Below, one piece after another: positions 37,900 through 51,299 of a stretch of DNA of 64,000 nt (positions are counted from its first letter, which is position 1; every line of letters begins with the position of its first letter). Position numbers and translations under genes: made by a program. The notes beneath the pieces are model-generated. The model was not told the DNA's origin and searched no databases. It worked only from the letters and a program-made list of their open reading frames with translations. The DNA is from Raillietiella orientalis (Eukaryota): the NCBI GenBank assembly GCA_036172245.1, contig JAYWIR010000007.1, positions 5,022,001 to 5,086,000 on the forward strand, read 5' to 3'.

Positions 37900-38420
37900 C
37901 TGGGAACAAATTGCTCAGCTGTTTCTGCCCTAGGGATTTCAGTGCAATCATGGGAGTCATCTGGTTTCCAGAGAAGTTTTCTCCCCGAACTGTTTCAGGT
38001 GCGGAGTGATGGTATCGCTCACTCACCTTTCGTTGGAGTGCAGTGCCTTCAAGGACTTGTGGCAGAGAATCGCTATGTCGGTTTGTGGACCACAAAAGAC
38101 TGGAGGGCTCTTGCTGAGGCGCATCTTCACAGAACGCGCAATGAGGAATGGCCTGCAATCACAGCCGTCTGCAGCAGCTGCATCATAGCTACGACCCGCA
38201 ACGTGTAAGAATCACGTTCGCGGCGAAGGGGGGGCGCCAGCATGGCAGCAGCAAGGTTAACTGACCTGCCAAATGAAATCGTCGGGAAGATCAAGACGAT
38301 CCACAGACGCTTTTAAAGAAGAAGGAATGTCATATAGGAGAAACCCTTGTCCTTCCTTCCTTTCCTTGTGATTTATTTATTGTCTACTCTCTCCATTCCA
38401 TTTTTTTTGGAAACCTGTTT
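37900..38420 (+). mobile_element. L1/Tx1-like 3' fragment
   Basis: CFRCG..SLTHLSLECSAFKDLW motif followed by a pyrimidine-rich UTR. Confidence 0.7.
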
Positions 38421-38599
38421 GTGTCATTCCCGATAAAGTTCTTCTTTATGGCCTTTCTTGTCTTTTCCTGGATATACATATTCTCCGAGACTTTTAGTTT
38501 GGTTTTGTATTTTGAACAAGATAATCGTCCCGGCATGAGCGAGTGAAATGCTCATCGATGCTCTCGAAGCAAGCGGACGCGCGTTTTTGTCTCTCTTTT

Positions 38600-40920
38600 C
38601 GCGCCAGCATGTGATCTGATTTTTCCTGCGAGTGCTGTCTTCTCCAACGTAAGGACTTGAAAACAAGAAGATGGTGGTAGCTGTTTCTATCTTGCAGGTG
38701 GATGCCATAAAGTAACGAGTGGTCTTTTGGCCGGCGAGAACATTCGCCCAGGTGCCTGCCGTAGCGGCGGCGAGGAGAATTTGTCCCGTGACCCCTGAGC
38801 TGCAGGCTTACGTAGGAAATGGCCACATGCCTGCACTTAAATATAAGGTAAGACACGTTATTCCGGAACGAGTTGGGAGTGAGTTCGACCGAGAACTCCA
38901 GCATATAGGAGTTCTGAAAGGCCAGTTGGACTCGCTCATCCCAACGAGTGGCAGCGGCCTCTGAAAAGGGTCGTGCAAAGACGCCCTCCTAACGCAGAAT
39001 TTGCTGCGCACGCTGCTAATCATTCATGGACGTGAAATACCCCCTCGGCAGCAGACCAGTCGTTCGTGGTTCGGCTGAGTGGAATAATAGAGCAAATGAC
39101 GAACCACAAAGTCATTGCGGTTCTAGAAAAATTTGGCATCATCCACTCACTTCGAAGGTTGATGAACCCCGCAATGTCTTACAAAGACATACATTGCAGG
39201 CTTGTTAAAGTGCGTGTTACTTTGCACTCGGGAGCGCCGCGACCATTTTTCCACAAAGAGAACGAACTACCTGGAAGCCAAGTCCCCAAACGATGGGCAA
39301 AAAGTTTCGAGAGGAGGGGTCCCTGACACGCAGGTGGGTCACACCAAAGGTCCGGAACCGGGGGGAGGGGACCGCAAATACATGTATGAAAAAATAGAAA
39401 AACAGACAGGATAAGTTGGTGACAGGGGTCATTGCGTTCGGCCGCACCTTGCTTTCAGAACGGCGTTGGATGCCGGAGACGTCGTACCACACTTCTTCCT
39501 TCCGATGAGTCCACCTGGCAGCCGTTCACGTGTCGGCTATTTTGGTGACCTCTTCAGGAACGCCGTGAGACTTCAACTGCCGGCAGGCCGTGACGATAGC
39601 GCGGATGCAACTGATCGCTGCGACGTGCGTGCTGCTGTGGTAAATCGCCCCGAGATGTCTACACGGCCACAGAAGGTGGCAGCGACTGTCCGCCTGCGGT
39701 ACGCGGGGCATCAGCGCACCTACGGGGAATGTGGTCAAGAGGGACACCACATGATTAAGTGTTTCTCGCATGCTACGTCCACGGACACATGAGGGGACGT
39801 GCACCGAGCTCGCAACCAAACAGAAAAGAAAGAAAAATCGCACGACGCCGTAGGAAAAAAAGCCGCCGTTTGAAAGCCACACATAAGGAAAGCGGCGAAG
39901 GGCAAACAGCGAAGGCTGCAAATCGCTGGTTGAATGTTCCAAAAAAAACAGAGTGCGGGAAAAAAGGGAGCACGTTGATGAGGAATGGCGCGTCTTCGCG
40001 GCACCCGATCTTCGCGAGAACACCGACGCGACACGGAGATCTCACGCTGAGGCTGCAAAAACACGGCCGACCACACCCGAGGCAACGAAAGTCCGAAGAT
40101 CGAGGTCGAGCGGAAAAAGCCTCCTTCAGAAACCTCGGAGTATTTGGAGCAGTGCAGCCGTTCAGTCCACGCGGAAAAGCCGACCTCGTGGACAAAAAAG
40201 GCTACGAAGCCCAACGCTGACGCGGTAAAGGCGCCTTAGGCGCCGACTGTTGCGAAGAAGCAAGCCACGCGGCAGCAGCCTACCTCCTTCGACTACGCAG
40301 CCCCTGGGCTATTGTGGCCATCAGCTGAGCCAGATGATAGCACTGATGAGGAACAACACGTGGATGTCCTGCCTCTTCGTGATTTGTACTGCATGGCTTG
40401 AAGAGACAGTTTCCTCTTGGGGAAAAATCAACGGCTCGAGCGAGGCGGAATACGCTTACCTCCGACGAGGTCCTTACACTCGATTTTCACCCGGGTTTCG
40501 CCTGGGAGGTCCTTACTCTCGACAGCCCCTGCGAAAGACCGTAAACAACCCACGCAATTTGCTGTGATCTTCCTTTACACTCCTTGCTCCCGTGCTGCCT
40601 TCCCTCAGGAATGCTAGGAACAGAAACGAGCGAGCGTCGTGGGGAGTGTCATACCTCATCGGAGGGAAGAGAAAACTAATGAAAGCGCGGACAACGCGGC
40701 ATCTCGTGGACACTGCTACCCGAGTGTCGCGTCTTAAGAACCCATGAGCTGGAGCGAACTGCTCGGAATACCTCCGGAGGACGTGATATGGACCCGCGTG
40801 CTGCAGCAGTGGCACCCTTTCCATGAAGAAGCAAGAGACGGTGCTGCTATTCGTGCATTGGGGGATCGTACGGAGAACACGTTTCTCGCACAGGACACAA
40901 GGGAGTGTCACCCGTTCGAG
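38600..40920 (+). mobile_element. Decayed Tx1-like ORF1 and ORF2 fragments
   Basis: VRLRYAGHQRTYGECGQEGHHMIKC is a degenerate Tx1-type ORF1 zinc knuckle; WSELLGIPPEDV matches the ORF2 C-terminus of other copies. Confidence 0.7.
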
Positions 40921-42200
40921 CCGGGGCTTTATTGAAAACTACTGAACAATTGCGGTACGATATCCCAATTCGGCCAATGCATCTCGGGACCTATCGGATC
41001 GCCGGTACGTGGATCGGCGCATCTCTCCTCGACAGCGGAGGGGGATGGGGGAAAAACAAAAAGAAAAAGAAAAGGAAACAAAAAAAAGAAAGACTTTGGA
41101 GGGCCGGGAGGGGAAAACATTCCGCTGAGTGGAGCGTCCATCCTTTGCAGGATGCCGTCGATGTCCACTTGCATGCTTCCCAGGTAAGGCCATCGCGATT
41201 TGCAGGTAGCGAGCCGCGTGTACGATGGCGTGCCTCTCGCTGCTTCCTCTGCTGGCTGCGCTCCGGGCCACTACAGTCCTCCGGGGGAAGCAGAGTGCTG
41301 TCAGGGCTGCGTCTGGATGCAGGGCGTCAAGCACGAAGAGGCGTACAAAGTCTCTGAGGGGGCTGCCGACCGGGATCAGGAGGATCGTTGCAAAACGTTC
41401 CCACAGGGGCCGGAGGGCAGCGCAGTCGACTAGCAGGTGAGGGAGGTATTCCTGTTCCTCGCTCCCGGCACAGTTTGGATTCAATTTCCGCAGCGTTCAG
41501 TGGTGGCGGCGCGTGTTGCGGGGGAGACCCCAGTGCAACATCAGGAGCGCCGACTCTTGACACTTTAGGGGGACAATCCTGTATCCTATGAACATCGGGG
41601 GCCATTTGAGGTCATCAGACGGAATGTCCAGCAACTTGCCGCATCTCTTCATTCCTAGCGGAAGGACGCTCGGGGTCGTGGCGTGCGCCAGCTGTTGCAT
41701 GGCCCATTCGCTTAACAACTTCTGCCTGCTTCCCTCTAGCAGAAGACCTACCTCCGTGCGGCTGGGTGCTGCCAAGTGCCATCTTCAGCATAGAAATCGC
41801 CGTAGAGGGGGGGCCATCTCTGCCAGCGTACTGCTGGTGGGACACGCCAGGACGTTCTGCAACGAGCAGCGGGCGTAGTGGCCGAATCGCAGGCAATTCC
41901 ATGTTTCTCTAGATGGTGGTTCAACTTCGACCAAGTGCCAACTGTTGCTTCTAGCTATGTGCTAGGATTGACGAGGCCAATCATCATCCAGCTGCTCACC
42001 TTCGACACAATCGCTATGCTTCCGAGGAGGAGCCCGCATCTTCTGAACTTCCGGTCACCGTTCGAGCGTTGCGCAAAAGTCGCACTCGCGTGCAAAGAAT
42101 GCAGCGTCTGCCACCTCCGCGGCAAAGGTGCCTCAGGCGCTGAACGGCGCTAAGAACCCGCGACACGAACTTTTACCTGGCACGCGGTTGCAGTGCTTAA
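40905..42200 (-). mobile_element. L1/Tx1-like 3' fragment with 3' UTR
   Basis: EYLPHLLVDCAALRPLWERFAT; UTR ends AATAAAagccccgg. Confidence 0.8.
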
Positions 42201-42539
42201 CGCGGCTGCAAGGGAAGCTGCTGATGCGGGCTCAACCGCTACAGGAGCAATTCTAGCGACCGCAAAGGCAACGCCTCATCCCGGCGCTGAGGACGAGGCA
42301 GCGCCTCCCGCGAGCGCGAAAAGAGTGGCGTACGTGCTCGAACAGACAGAGCGCCTGGAGGTAGCCTGCTCAGCCGGATTTGCCGGAGTATTTATTCCGA
42401 AGAATGAAAGTAGATTACATATCCTCATTTTCAGGAATAAGGGAAAGAGAAATGTTTTTAGGATGGGGAGGGTGAGGAGAGGGTCACTGTTCGCCCGAAT
42501 ACGCAATCTAGAAGCTGTTCAGGATACCAACAGGATGCG

Positions 42540-44270
42540 TCCGTTCATTGCCCAGATGAGATCATCTAGATGGGGTTTCCAAAAAGATCCGGTGGATGGT
42601 ATACCTGATATTCTCGCCTCTCCTCGAAGCGTTGCATGGCTCCACTATTTCGGGAATACAGCAAAGTACTGCTATGGCTGAAGCCGGGGCCAGAGCAGCA
42701 CGCGTGAAAGGGCGGCTCAAAATGCCCCTGGGTCCGCCTACTTATATATTCAGGATTGTCGACAGACAATCTTAAAGTGGAAGGAACGGTACAGTCTAAC
42801 AGAAGGTGCAGTGCAGCAAAAATTTTCTGCCCGCATCTATCGCAGAGGGCATCTCCACTACCAAGTTTCCAGTGAAAGAGGCGTGCTTTGCATGGAATTT
42901 TCCAATGCAACATTAGAGATGCCACCTCGTTCCTTTTCGTGGGGAGTGTGGAACTGTACCAACATGCGGGGGGCTATGTCGCATCTTCCGGAGGAAGCGC
43001 GAGCAGCTCGCCCCATCGTGTGAGTCTGTTTGACGGGACAATCTGGATCGCAGCGTCCGCTGGTTGCCGAGATGAACACGCATATAACAGTTTCTTCCTG
43101 CCGCCAATAAGGCAGATCACTTCTCACTTTGCCGGACCATCGCTGTCCTGAACTTTTTCCGAGAGGGTTTAACTGAGGAAAGGGGGGTAAACAAGTTCCG
43201 CAATGGATGCTGTGGGTCCTGAACGACCTCCTGGCGTGCCTCCCTCTTCGGAGGCAAGTGTAGCTCGCCACGCTCGGGATGTGGATCTTTCCTTAGCAGA
43301 AATCGACTCCGGAAGCCAGGCGGTGCAGTTCCGAGGGGAAACAGTAGATCAAGGCGTTCTTCTAAAGAACAGCAACCATACGACGCTGCTGAGTGCCGCA
43401 ACGTGTTAGACTGCGGACGCTTGCTACAAGGAACGACAAGAGTGCGCCGCATACGTTGCTCCTTGAACCAGAAGACATGCAAGAGTGCAAAGAGGTGTGT
43501 TCCACAGTTTGGCCCCCAATGCGACTATGGGGAACCGGAGCTGAAATTCCATGCGCTGCAACATTAGAAGGCACAGTCCAGCCTCCCTGCGTGGATCGCA
43601 CAGGACTTTCAGTCGGAGATCACACCTGCCTGTGCCCCACAGAATCTTTCTCAAGAGGTCCTTGGTCCGTTTTTTCATGCAGTGTAGGGTGGAGCAAACA
43701 AAAAGCATGGGGCGCATTAGGGAAGCCGCGAACGCGTTTCAAACCGCAGCCCGTTCCTGCAAGTAAAAGTTGCCGTCCTGGAATGGAGCGAGCGGCCTTT
43801 TTTTTTTTTTGGAGACGGCCAGACCAGGCATCTGCAACGCGGAAGTCCACCAACGGGCAGCCCAGGATACTCGAAGTATCCGGCCGTGGGGATCCTCAAG
43901 CACATCCAATCCGGCCTTCCAGCACACGCCGCAACAACTGGAACGATGGAAAACTTTCGCGCATCCTGTTGACACGCGAATCTTGCTTTCGTCCTGTTTG
44001 GCTCGATGTACTCCGCAGGTCCTCAGTTCCTTTGGCAGTGCCTGAAGGGATACATTTTCCGCGTTGGGTTCTTTTACGCGTCTCGTCAAAAGAATGCCGT
44101 GCGTCCTTCGCAGCGCTTGCATCCGATTTCGTTCCTACTTCCCTGATAGATTGGGCACGCCTCCAGGTTCTTCCTTGTGCATTCCGAGGAAAGCTTCGCT
44201 ACGAGCGCACCTCCAACATCGGGAAGCGTACCAGGATCCCAATTTACAATAAGAAAACGGAATCTATGCG
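42540..44270 (-). mobile_element. Decayed L1/Tx1-like ORF2 C-terminal half
   Basis: FEYPGLPVG (YLG-like); LRLKVLCDPRREAGL; CDRCG..LHLLLDC. Confidence 0.75.
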
Positions 44271-44484
44271 CCGACACTGAAAGCACGTGTTTCGTATTCG
44301 ACACACGCAAGAAGATTTTTCAAATGAAGAATACCCGAGTGCTTGAGCTTTGCTTTCTGTGTTGCCTGGTACCGCATCCTCAAGTCGGCATCACCTCAAG
44401 AGTACTCGCAACCCGTACGATGAAGTCAACGCCATAAGTATTTGCGCTGCACTTTCCAGATCGAATCAAACTTTGTACGTGTGG

Positions 44485-44644
44485 ATGGAAGGCATCAGGA
44501 GCTCCGTCTACTAAAACGAGACCGACCAGCTTGCTTGTCCGAGAAGCACGCATCTGTTGATTCCATAGGCAGCAGTGCGAATCCTTTGCGAACTTACAGA
44601 AGACGCTTATTGGGCTCCCAGGAAAATGCGGTGGCAAACAACGT
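44485..44644 (+). repeat. 160-bp exact duplicate, copy 1
   Basis: Identical by eye to 53810-53969. Confidence 0.95.
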
Positions 44645-47079
44645 CATAAGATTGAATGCTGCCATGACGCCTCATGGGCACTTCACCGTGTGGCAGCAAT
44701 GTCAGTGCTGCGGCCGAAACACAGCCATGATGATTTGATTTGAAACTGCGAATTGCATGGAGGAAGACATGCAATCTAGGGGATATGGCAAATGGGATTC
44801 TTTTTGCTCGTCTCCGCATAAATTGATTTGAAATTGGAAATCGATGCCGCCATTTGAAAGCTACACGAAAAACAGAAAAAATGGAAACGTACCTCTGGTT
44901 TGCTGCTTCTTTTTCCACCTGTGAGGTCCATTGTGAAAAGCAGTTTGCGCTTCCGATGCTTTGCTGTGTGTCCCGTGCTTCCGGTGGCTTCACGGGAAAG
45001 CCAAACCACACTGCGACGGACGCACGCATGGAACGCCCTTCTGGAACACTTGTTCGCTCTCAGGATGTCGCCCCGACGAAATTCGAGCGCCCTTCTGTGC
45101 ACATACACAAAGGGGCATCGATAGCAAGCAACAGATCACGTTGCGCATTCATAGGAACATGAGCATCCTGAGAATTTTTCTCGCAGTGAAAGAGAAGCAC
45201 ATGGTAGCGAGCGTATGCATCCAGACAAGAGTTCATACTTCCGGACACATACCTTGCCGTATACATCCCAAGTGTTAAAAGGTGCCAAAAAGCGAGGGGA
45301 CTTACATGTCCATAGGTGCAACGAGGTAACCAAATGACGATCGAGATCAAATATACGTCCTTTTACCCGAAAGTGCAACACGGGGTCAGAGAGCACGGAT
45401 TGCTTTTCACGTAGCTGGGATGCACATCCATTGCCTGACATCACGTAGAATTCTGTTCAGTGGAAATCGAAACCAATGCATGAGCCTTCCTCGGGTTGCA
45501 TTGATGCATGCGCATGCATGGGTACGAATGCCCCGAGATTCACGTTGGCCAGTGAGCAATAGCACTGTATGCATTGGAAAATATGTGTGTGCCAACGGAA
45601 TCACTTGAACATGTAGTTTCAAAGCGATCGATGTATGCGTGTCCATACCAATATTCGTAGTGTTTTGCCGAAATGCGACCTCGTGGACTGCTAGTATTCA
45701 CGTGCATGCTGAGATCACCAGATACACATCTCTCGATGAAGTTCCCCATGTCGGAACGTGTGTGTTGGTGCACATCCAGATCAACATGTTTTCAATGAGA
45801 GCAGGGACGGAACATTACAATCGGCAGGCGCGTATAACACTTACGCACATTGCTATTCAGAGCTCCATGCTGGGAACGGTGGAAGTCCACGGGGGGACGA
45901 AACTGTGGATGGGAAAATCAGGAAAGCTGAGGAAACTTAGATGGAAGTGATTTCCAGATGGGGATGAAGAACCTAAAGACATTATGAATTCATGCCATCT
46001 TTACGCATTCTACGGTATCATAGTCACAAAAAGCGGATCAGAAGACGGCGTCTATCTCGAAGGACACACAGAAATAGGATTTCACTAATCTAGTACCCTG
46101 ACACAAGTAAAGGGCACTTCTAACGAGTCCATGTAGAACAAGCAACAGGATAACCACAAACCAAACCGGACTATGCACAATCTTTGCACTAAACAGGAAA
46201 AACATCCATCCTAGGACCATCAGAAGCTTGGATCATCATGCAGAAGACAATATACACGAAAAGAGGGTGCAGATCTTACACAACTTGAAAGTTGTACCCT
46301 CCGGATCCTAAAACTCATCAAAGCCGGAAAGCCGGAAATATACAAATATTCGAACACCATAGAAAATTTAAAGCCCGAAACATCAACTTTAGTTCAAGTG
46401 TGCTGTGGCCTACATCGAAACAACCAACAGTTGGTTGCTTTTGGTGTCGAAACTCACGGCAGAACTACGATTGAAGGAATGGGAAACTCGAAATCCAAGG
46501 CGCTCTTGGATTACCACCACACTTCCGAAATATATATTGGGTGAAAGAGGCAACGGAGGAAAGGCAGCTTCTGTTAAATACCTGTTCCACAGGAAAGAAA
46601 CTACATATATCAATCCGGAAAAAAAGCAGATGCAGCCCACATAAACAACGAAGAGCAAATTACAGTGATGGATTTAATAAGAGAGAGCTCCTCCTGTATG
46701 GATTTATGGATTCCCTTGAAAACGGAATCTTTTTTGAGTTCCAAAATCATGTATCCATGAAATACTTCGAAGCATCTCACGTCAGCGTGTTCTCAAACTG
46801 AAATCCAGACCACTCCAGAATGTCCATCGAACGCTGCATTCTCTTTAACATTTGCACTTTGCAAAGAAAAAAGATCCATATGCGTCCGCAACGATGGCAA
46901 ATAACTTCATACATTGAAAAGAAGAAGAATAGTCAAAATTACATCTCTTTTTTGACTGAACTCCATCACCACGGTACGGCTTCAAAATAAAATACAGATT
47001 CCTAGCCACAACGAAACACAGAAGCACCCAACTTCAACTGCCCAGACGTAGGGTCAGCACCCGGACCTGTATCCTTCCT

Positions 47080-47750
47080 TTAATCACGGGAAATTGTAAA
47101 ACCATTCGGACATTCTATCACAGAAAACATTCCCGCATGCACTGTGGTATATATCTCGTCCGCCACGTGACTGACCAGTATCCAGGCAAGCCGCCATCAA
47201 ATAATGGATCTCTCGGGAGAGCGTCCTACGCACACGAAACAGCTGCCGGGATGCTATACTTTTCTCCCTGTTCTGCGGCTTTCCACTTCTTCGGTTGAAA
47301 CTCATTTGAAGACATTGGTCAGGATACGCCCGTCTATTGAATCTGATATGAAAAATGAAGGATGCCTTGCGGTTCCGATGATACAAAAGTGGAATCGTCC
47401 TTGATTCATCAAGGCAATGGGAAGGAAGATGAAAACAGTTCACGCATGACGGAAACACAAGCTGGCTACCGTCGACGGCGCGAAACGAGTGTCGGAAAGG
47501 AGAGACATGCCGGAGCAAACAGTGGTTCCTGTCATCCCGTCATTCCTACGTATACCATCAAGTGCGACAAATGCTGCACCGAAAACGAGCATTCACTATA
47601 CACCAATGCAAACAGTTGGCTACTGGTGGTGATTACAACGACATACGCCTGTTGCACCATAAGAACAGGAGCCACCACACACAGAGTCTGGATTCAGAAG
47701 ACCGCGAGGAAGAGTGCTTTCGGGTGAAGGAATCTCGCTGCAGCTGCAAC
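47080..47750 (+). mobile_element. Penelope-like RT/endonuclease remnant
   Basis: LVRIRPSIESDMKNEGCL (cf. NSIHPSIxFTxExExxGxLPFLD) and YTIKCDKC. Confidence 0.4.
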
Positions 47751-48659
47751 CAAAGGTCTGTGACCATTTCATCATATTCTGCTGTGTCAGCCTCCCGCAG
47801 GCAGTCCTTTGGACGGCTATCGAGTGACGCATGGAAACATGGGGACTCTGGCAAACATTTCCCTACTGATGACGCTTGTCCGATCATGGAAAGTGTTGAG
47901 GTGGGCACCATGGTTCCTGGAGGAATGAAAGCCGACATCCGATCGAAAAGTCTAAGTGGCTTGTTGGAAAGAGAGGAAACACCTCACTTATGCAACAGGA
48001 TGCTGGGCACGATCGCCGTCCTCTTCTTCAGCGAAGGTCAGATAAAGAGAGAAACGCTACCCGAAGTACATGGAAGAATTTCCCCATCACTTGATCTCAC
48101 ACCTTGTGAAACGAAAGTCGTATCCCAAAGGATACCCAAAAGTCACAGAACAGCGAAACAAACAAGCCTGCTTGCAACTGGAACGCCACCGAATCTTGTT
48201 TGCATTCCACGCTTGTGTGTGTTCCCATGAAAAGAGCAAATCCATGTACGCTTACCTGAGAAAGATGGCGACGCAGCAGCCTTAGGTATGTACACGATTC
48301 CATTGCGTTCATTCCTCTTTATTGGCAAAAGCACTGTTCAACGAAACTTTGGTACTGAGAAAGAAGTGACTTCACTATTCCATTTTCGAATTCGGAAATC
48401 CAAGCGCGATGAAAATAGGCCGCATCGAATGCCAGCAACGAAATCAAGACATCCTTTTCAGCATACGGACAGCTTCCGCTCGAGCAGGCATTTGGGAGTA
48501 AAAGAAAGAAACCAAAAAGGAGCTGCTGCACAACTTTTGGATCGCCAATCCAGCTTCTGCACTCATATTTAACTTCCGACACGTCACATTCCAAAAAGAT
48601 GGAGCATACTTTTTCCCAAGTAAGCGGTTACGAAAGACTCGCTAAAAAACCGCCGTGCA

Positions 48660-50585
48660 CTAGCAGCTGGGCCAAACACAGCGAGCCACCTAAACACAGA
48701 CAAGTATCAACCAGAGCCAGCAAGGGAGAACATGGATGTATCTAACACCAGGGAAGTAGAAAAGCTGCAGAGGAAGACACTGTGGGGGCATTATCGCCTA
48801 AGAGTAAGGTTAAAACCCCTGTGTCGCCCCAGGGAAGAGGGCGGTTCTGGGATGAAGTCGCTTGCACATTCCATGGAAATCATGGATTCACGACACATCC
48901 TAGATATCGCTACTCACTGGGATGACTGGCCGTACGCGGCGCATAGGGCCTACGCGTTGTTGTTGAACAACTCGAAAAGCCTAATGACTGCGCTGCTAGG
49001 CCGAGCAGGGGAATGGATCAACATCGACCCCACCTGGAGGAGAAAGCAACGGCTGGTGCGCAAGCACAAGATCAAGATTGTGCCGAGAAGCAGGGAACTC
49101 TGGCAGGAGGAATTCATCCTGGTGATCCCGTGGATGCTTCCGGTCCCTCCGAACACGAGAAGCTGGATCTACCAGCGGCCCAGAGTTACCCTGCAAAGAA
49201 TCCAGGAATGGCGACGAGGAGGATACCTACATCGCACTCGTATACTTCGGTATATAGAGATGATGCTAGGTAGGTTCACCCATGAGACCCGCGAAGTGTG
49301 GATAAACCACAACGACTTCGCGTGGTCTAAGGTAACCAAGATGAACCTCCGGAAGATTATCAAGGACCAGTATCAAGACACCAGTGCCCTCCAAGAAGCC
49401 GCCGATCTCTACGGGAGTGACAGGATCAACCTGTTGGCGATCGGCAAGACGCTCTGGAGGAGTGACCTCCCGCCGGACACCCAGGACAACCTCCTGATGT
49501 TCTATCACGGAGGAATCCAGAGCGGGTCAAGGCTAAAGCACTACACTAGAAGACGGGAAGACGATTTAAACCCTGTTCTCCGGGACGTTTATTTTTTCAA
49601 ATAAACCTATCTACACTGTGACTGGACCAGTAGTCCAGCCACGCCCTAGAAAGTATCAGCTTGCCGGGCTACCGGTGCGCAGACCGGCGCGGTCGACTTC
49701 GGCAGCAGAGGGGGGGGGGGAGGGAATGAAACAAAGAGAAAACAAAAAAATAAACAAAACTGGGGAGGGAGCGGGAAGGGATCACAGTCTGCTGGGATGG
49801 TCCGTCATCCTCTGGAGGATGCCGGCAAGCTGTTGCTGAATGGTGGATGTCAGATGGGGCCATCGCGTAGCCATCCTCAGGAAGCGGGCGGCATACACCC
49901 TGTCGCTGGATCCTCCCGTCGCTTTGCTCCATGCCACGACGATCCCGCGTAGGCAGCACAGGGCTGCAAGCAAGGCCGCTGGAGGCAGGGCGTCTCGGAC
50001 GAAGAGGGGGCGCAAAGCGTCTCTGGGGTTGCCTCCGGGGATACCCAGGGCAAGACGGGAAGACAAAGACTGCACGGCATGTGGAGACATTGACACAAGA
50101 TTACATATTTTGACGTGTCCCACATTGCTCCACGACTGGCTGATCCTGAAAAGGATCATTGGACTCACCACCAGCTCCACAATGGAGATCCTCGCTGGGA
50201 TGTTTCAGGGAGATGGCAATGTTCCCTGCTACAACCCCATGGTGAGGACGACCATTGCTCTCTTCATCACCGCCATACTTGTGCGGTAGTGGAAGATGAG
50301 GAAAGCCAGAAGAGCCGCACCCCCGATGGAGATCCTGCAAGGACTCATCAAGAAGGAAATCGGTATCCGAAACTGTGGACGACTCCAAGCATGGATGTAC
50401 CGATTCATCCTGAAGAGGATTGAAGACGACGCCCGGGACCAAACATCTGGAAACCCACCATGAAAGCAAAACTTGTGATACCCCCAAGGACTTCAAAGTG
50501 ATAAAGTGTTGGTATGTTGTATGAATGTGATTGTAGAATGAATGAGATTTAAAAGAAAATAAATTTACCCCACCCCTTGTGGGAC
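48660..50585 (+). mobile_element. Younger 5'-truncated L1/Tx1-like element of a second subfamily, interrupted by a nested insertion
   Basis: Open frame 48732-49562 (RVRLKPLCRPREEGGSG; LWRSDLPP) resumes in frame at 50065 (KDCTACGDIDTRLHILTC) and runs to 50463 with one internal stop; AATAAA at 50558. Confidence 0.85.
49563..50051 (-). mobile_element. 489-bp 5'-truncated Tx1-like insertion with a 13-bp target-site duplication
   Basis: TSD AAGACGGGAAGAC at 49550-49562 and 50052-50064. The insert encodes ALGIPGGNPRDALRPLFVRDAL..MATRWPHL plus the 3' UTR. Confidence 0.92.
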
Positions 50586-50699
50586 TTGGGGAAATGGATG
50601 TATCTGAAACTGAAGTAAATATAATTGGAAAATGAATCTCCATAGAGTTAGCAGCCAAAAGGAATCAGAGTTCACACTCCGCTGAGAAATTCAAAATTC

Positions 50700-51260
50700 T
50701 GAAACTCAATGAAGGAACACTTGTCAAGCGTGGACAGTCGAGTTGTCCACGTATCGATTTTGGCGATTCAGATGCAGGAAATAAAACCCAGAAAAGTAAA
50801 AGTCAATTTATTTTCCCAAAGAGATTCCTGTAGGAGGAACATTGGGCAAACCGCTTGGGTGCTACATTGATTGAAAGTCAAGTTTGCAAGTGGAGTGTCT
50901 CTTCATCATTGTGGGCTCAGTGTTCTGAGAGCGACCAATGAAACTGGGTCATCGTCGATCCACAGCACCATCAACATTCAGTGAAAACACTGAACATGGA
51001 ACGATGGAAACTCTAAAATCTTATGGTCCCTCTGCTTACTGCATGGCTGCCGTATTGCCACTGCTACAAAACTCTTATGGAGTTCAATTTGGATGAATGC
51101 CATTGATCACAGCTACCTAAGGCACCCCTTATTCCGGCTAATATGACCTGTTGCTGACTGTTAGCCATAGCATTCCGAAATCTTCGGACAACCACCGATA
51201 TGCCGTCCTCCCTTGGTCTGGGTGATGTTTTCCAGCATACTGAATTCACCTACGACGGCT
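50700..51260 (-). mobile_element. Penelope-like RT remnant
   Basis: VINGIHPN and DEETLHLQ..INVAPK (cf. NGYP) fragments. Confidence 0.35.
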
Positions 51261-51299
51261 ATGATGTTCATCGGCGAGGTCTTGCTGCGTAGGAGGGTG

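Noticed and set aside
44300..45050. Spliced host gene on the minus strand
   Set aside because: Splice-like signals exist, but every exon join tried hit a stop within about 40 codons.
47860..47900. Hammerhead ribozyme near a Penelope-like remnant (CTGATGA...GAAA)
   Set aside because: Stem II does not pair.
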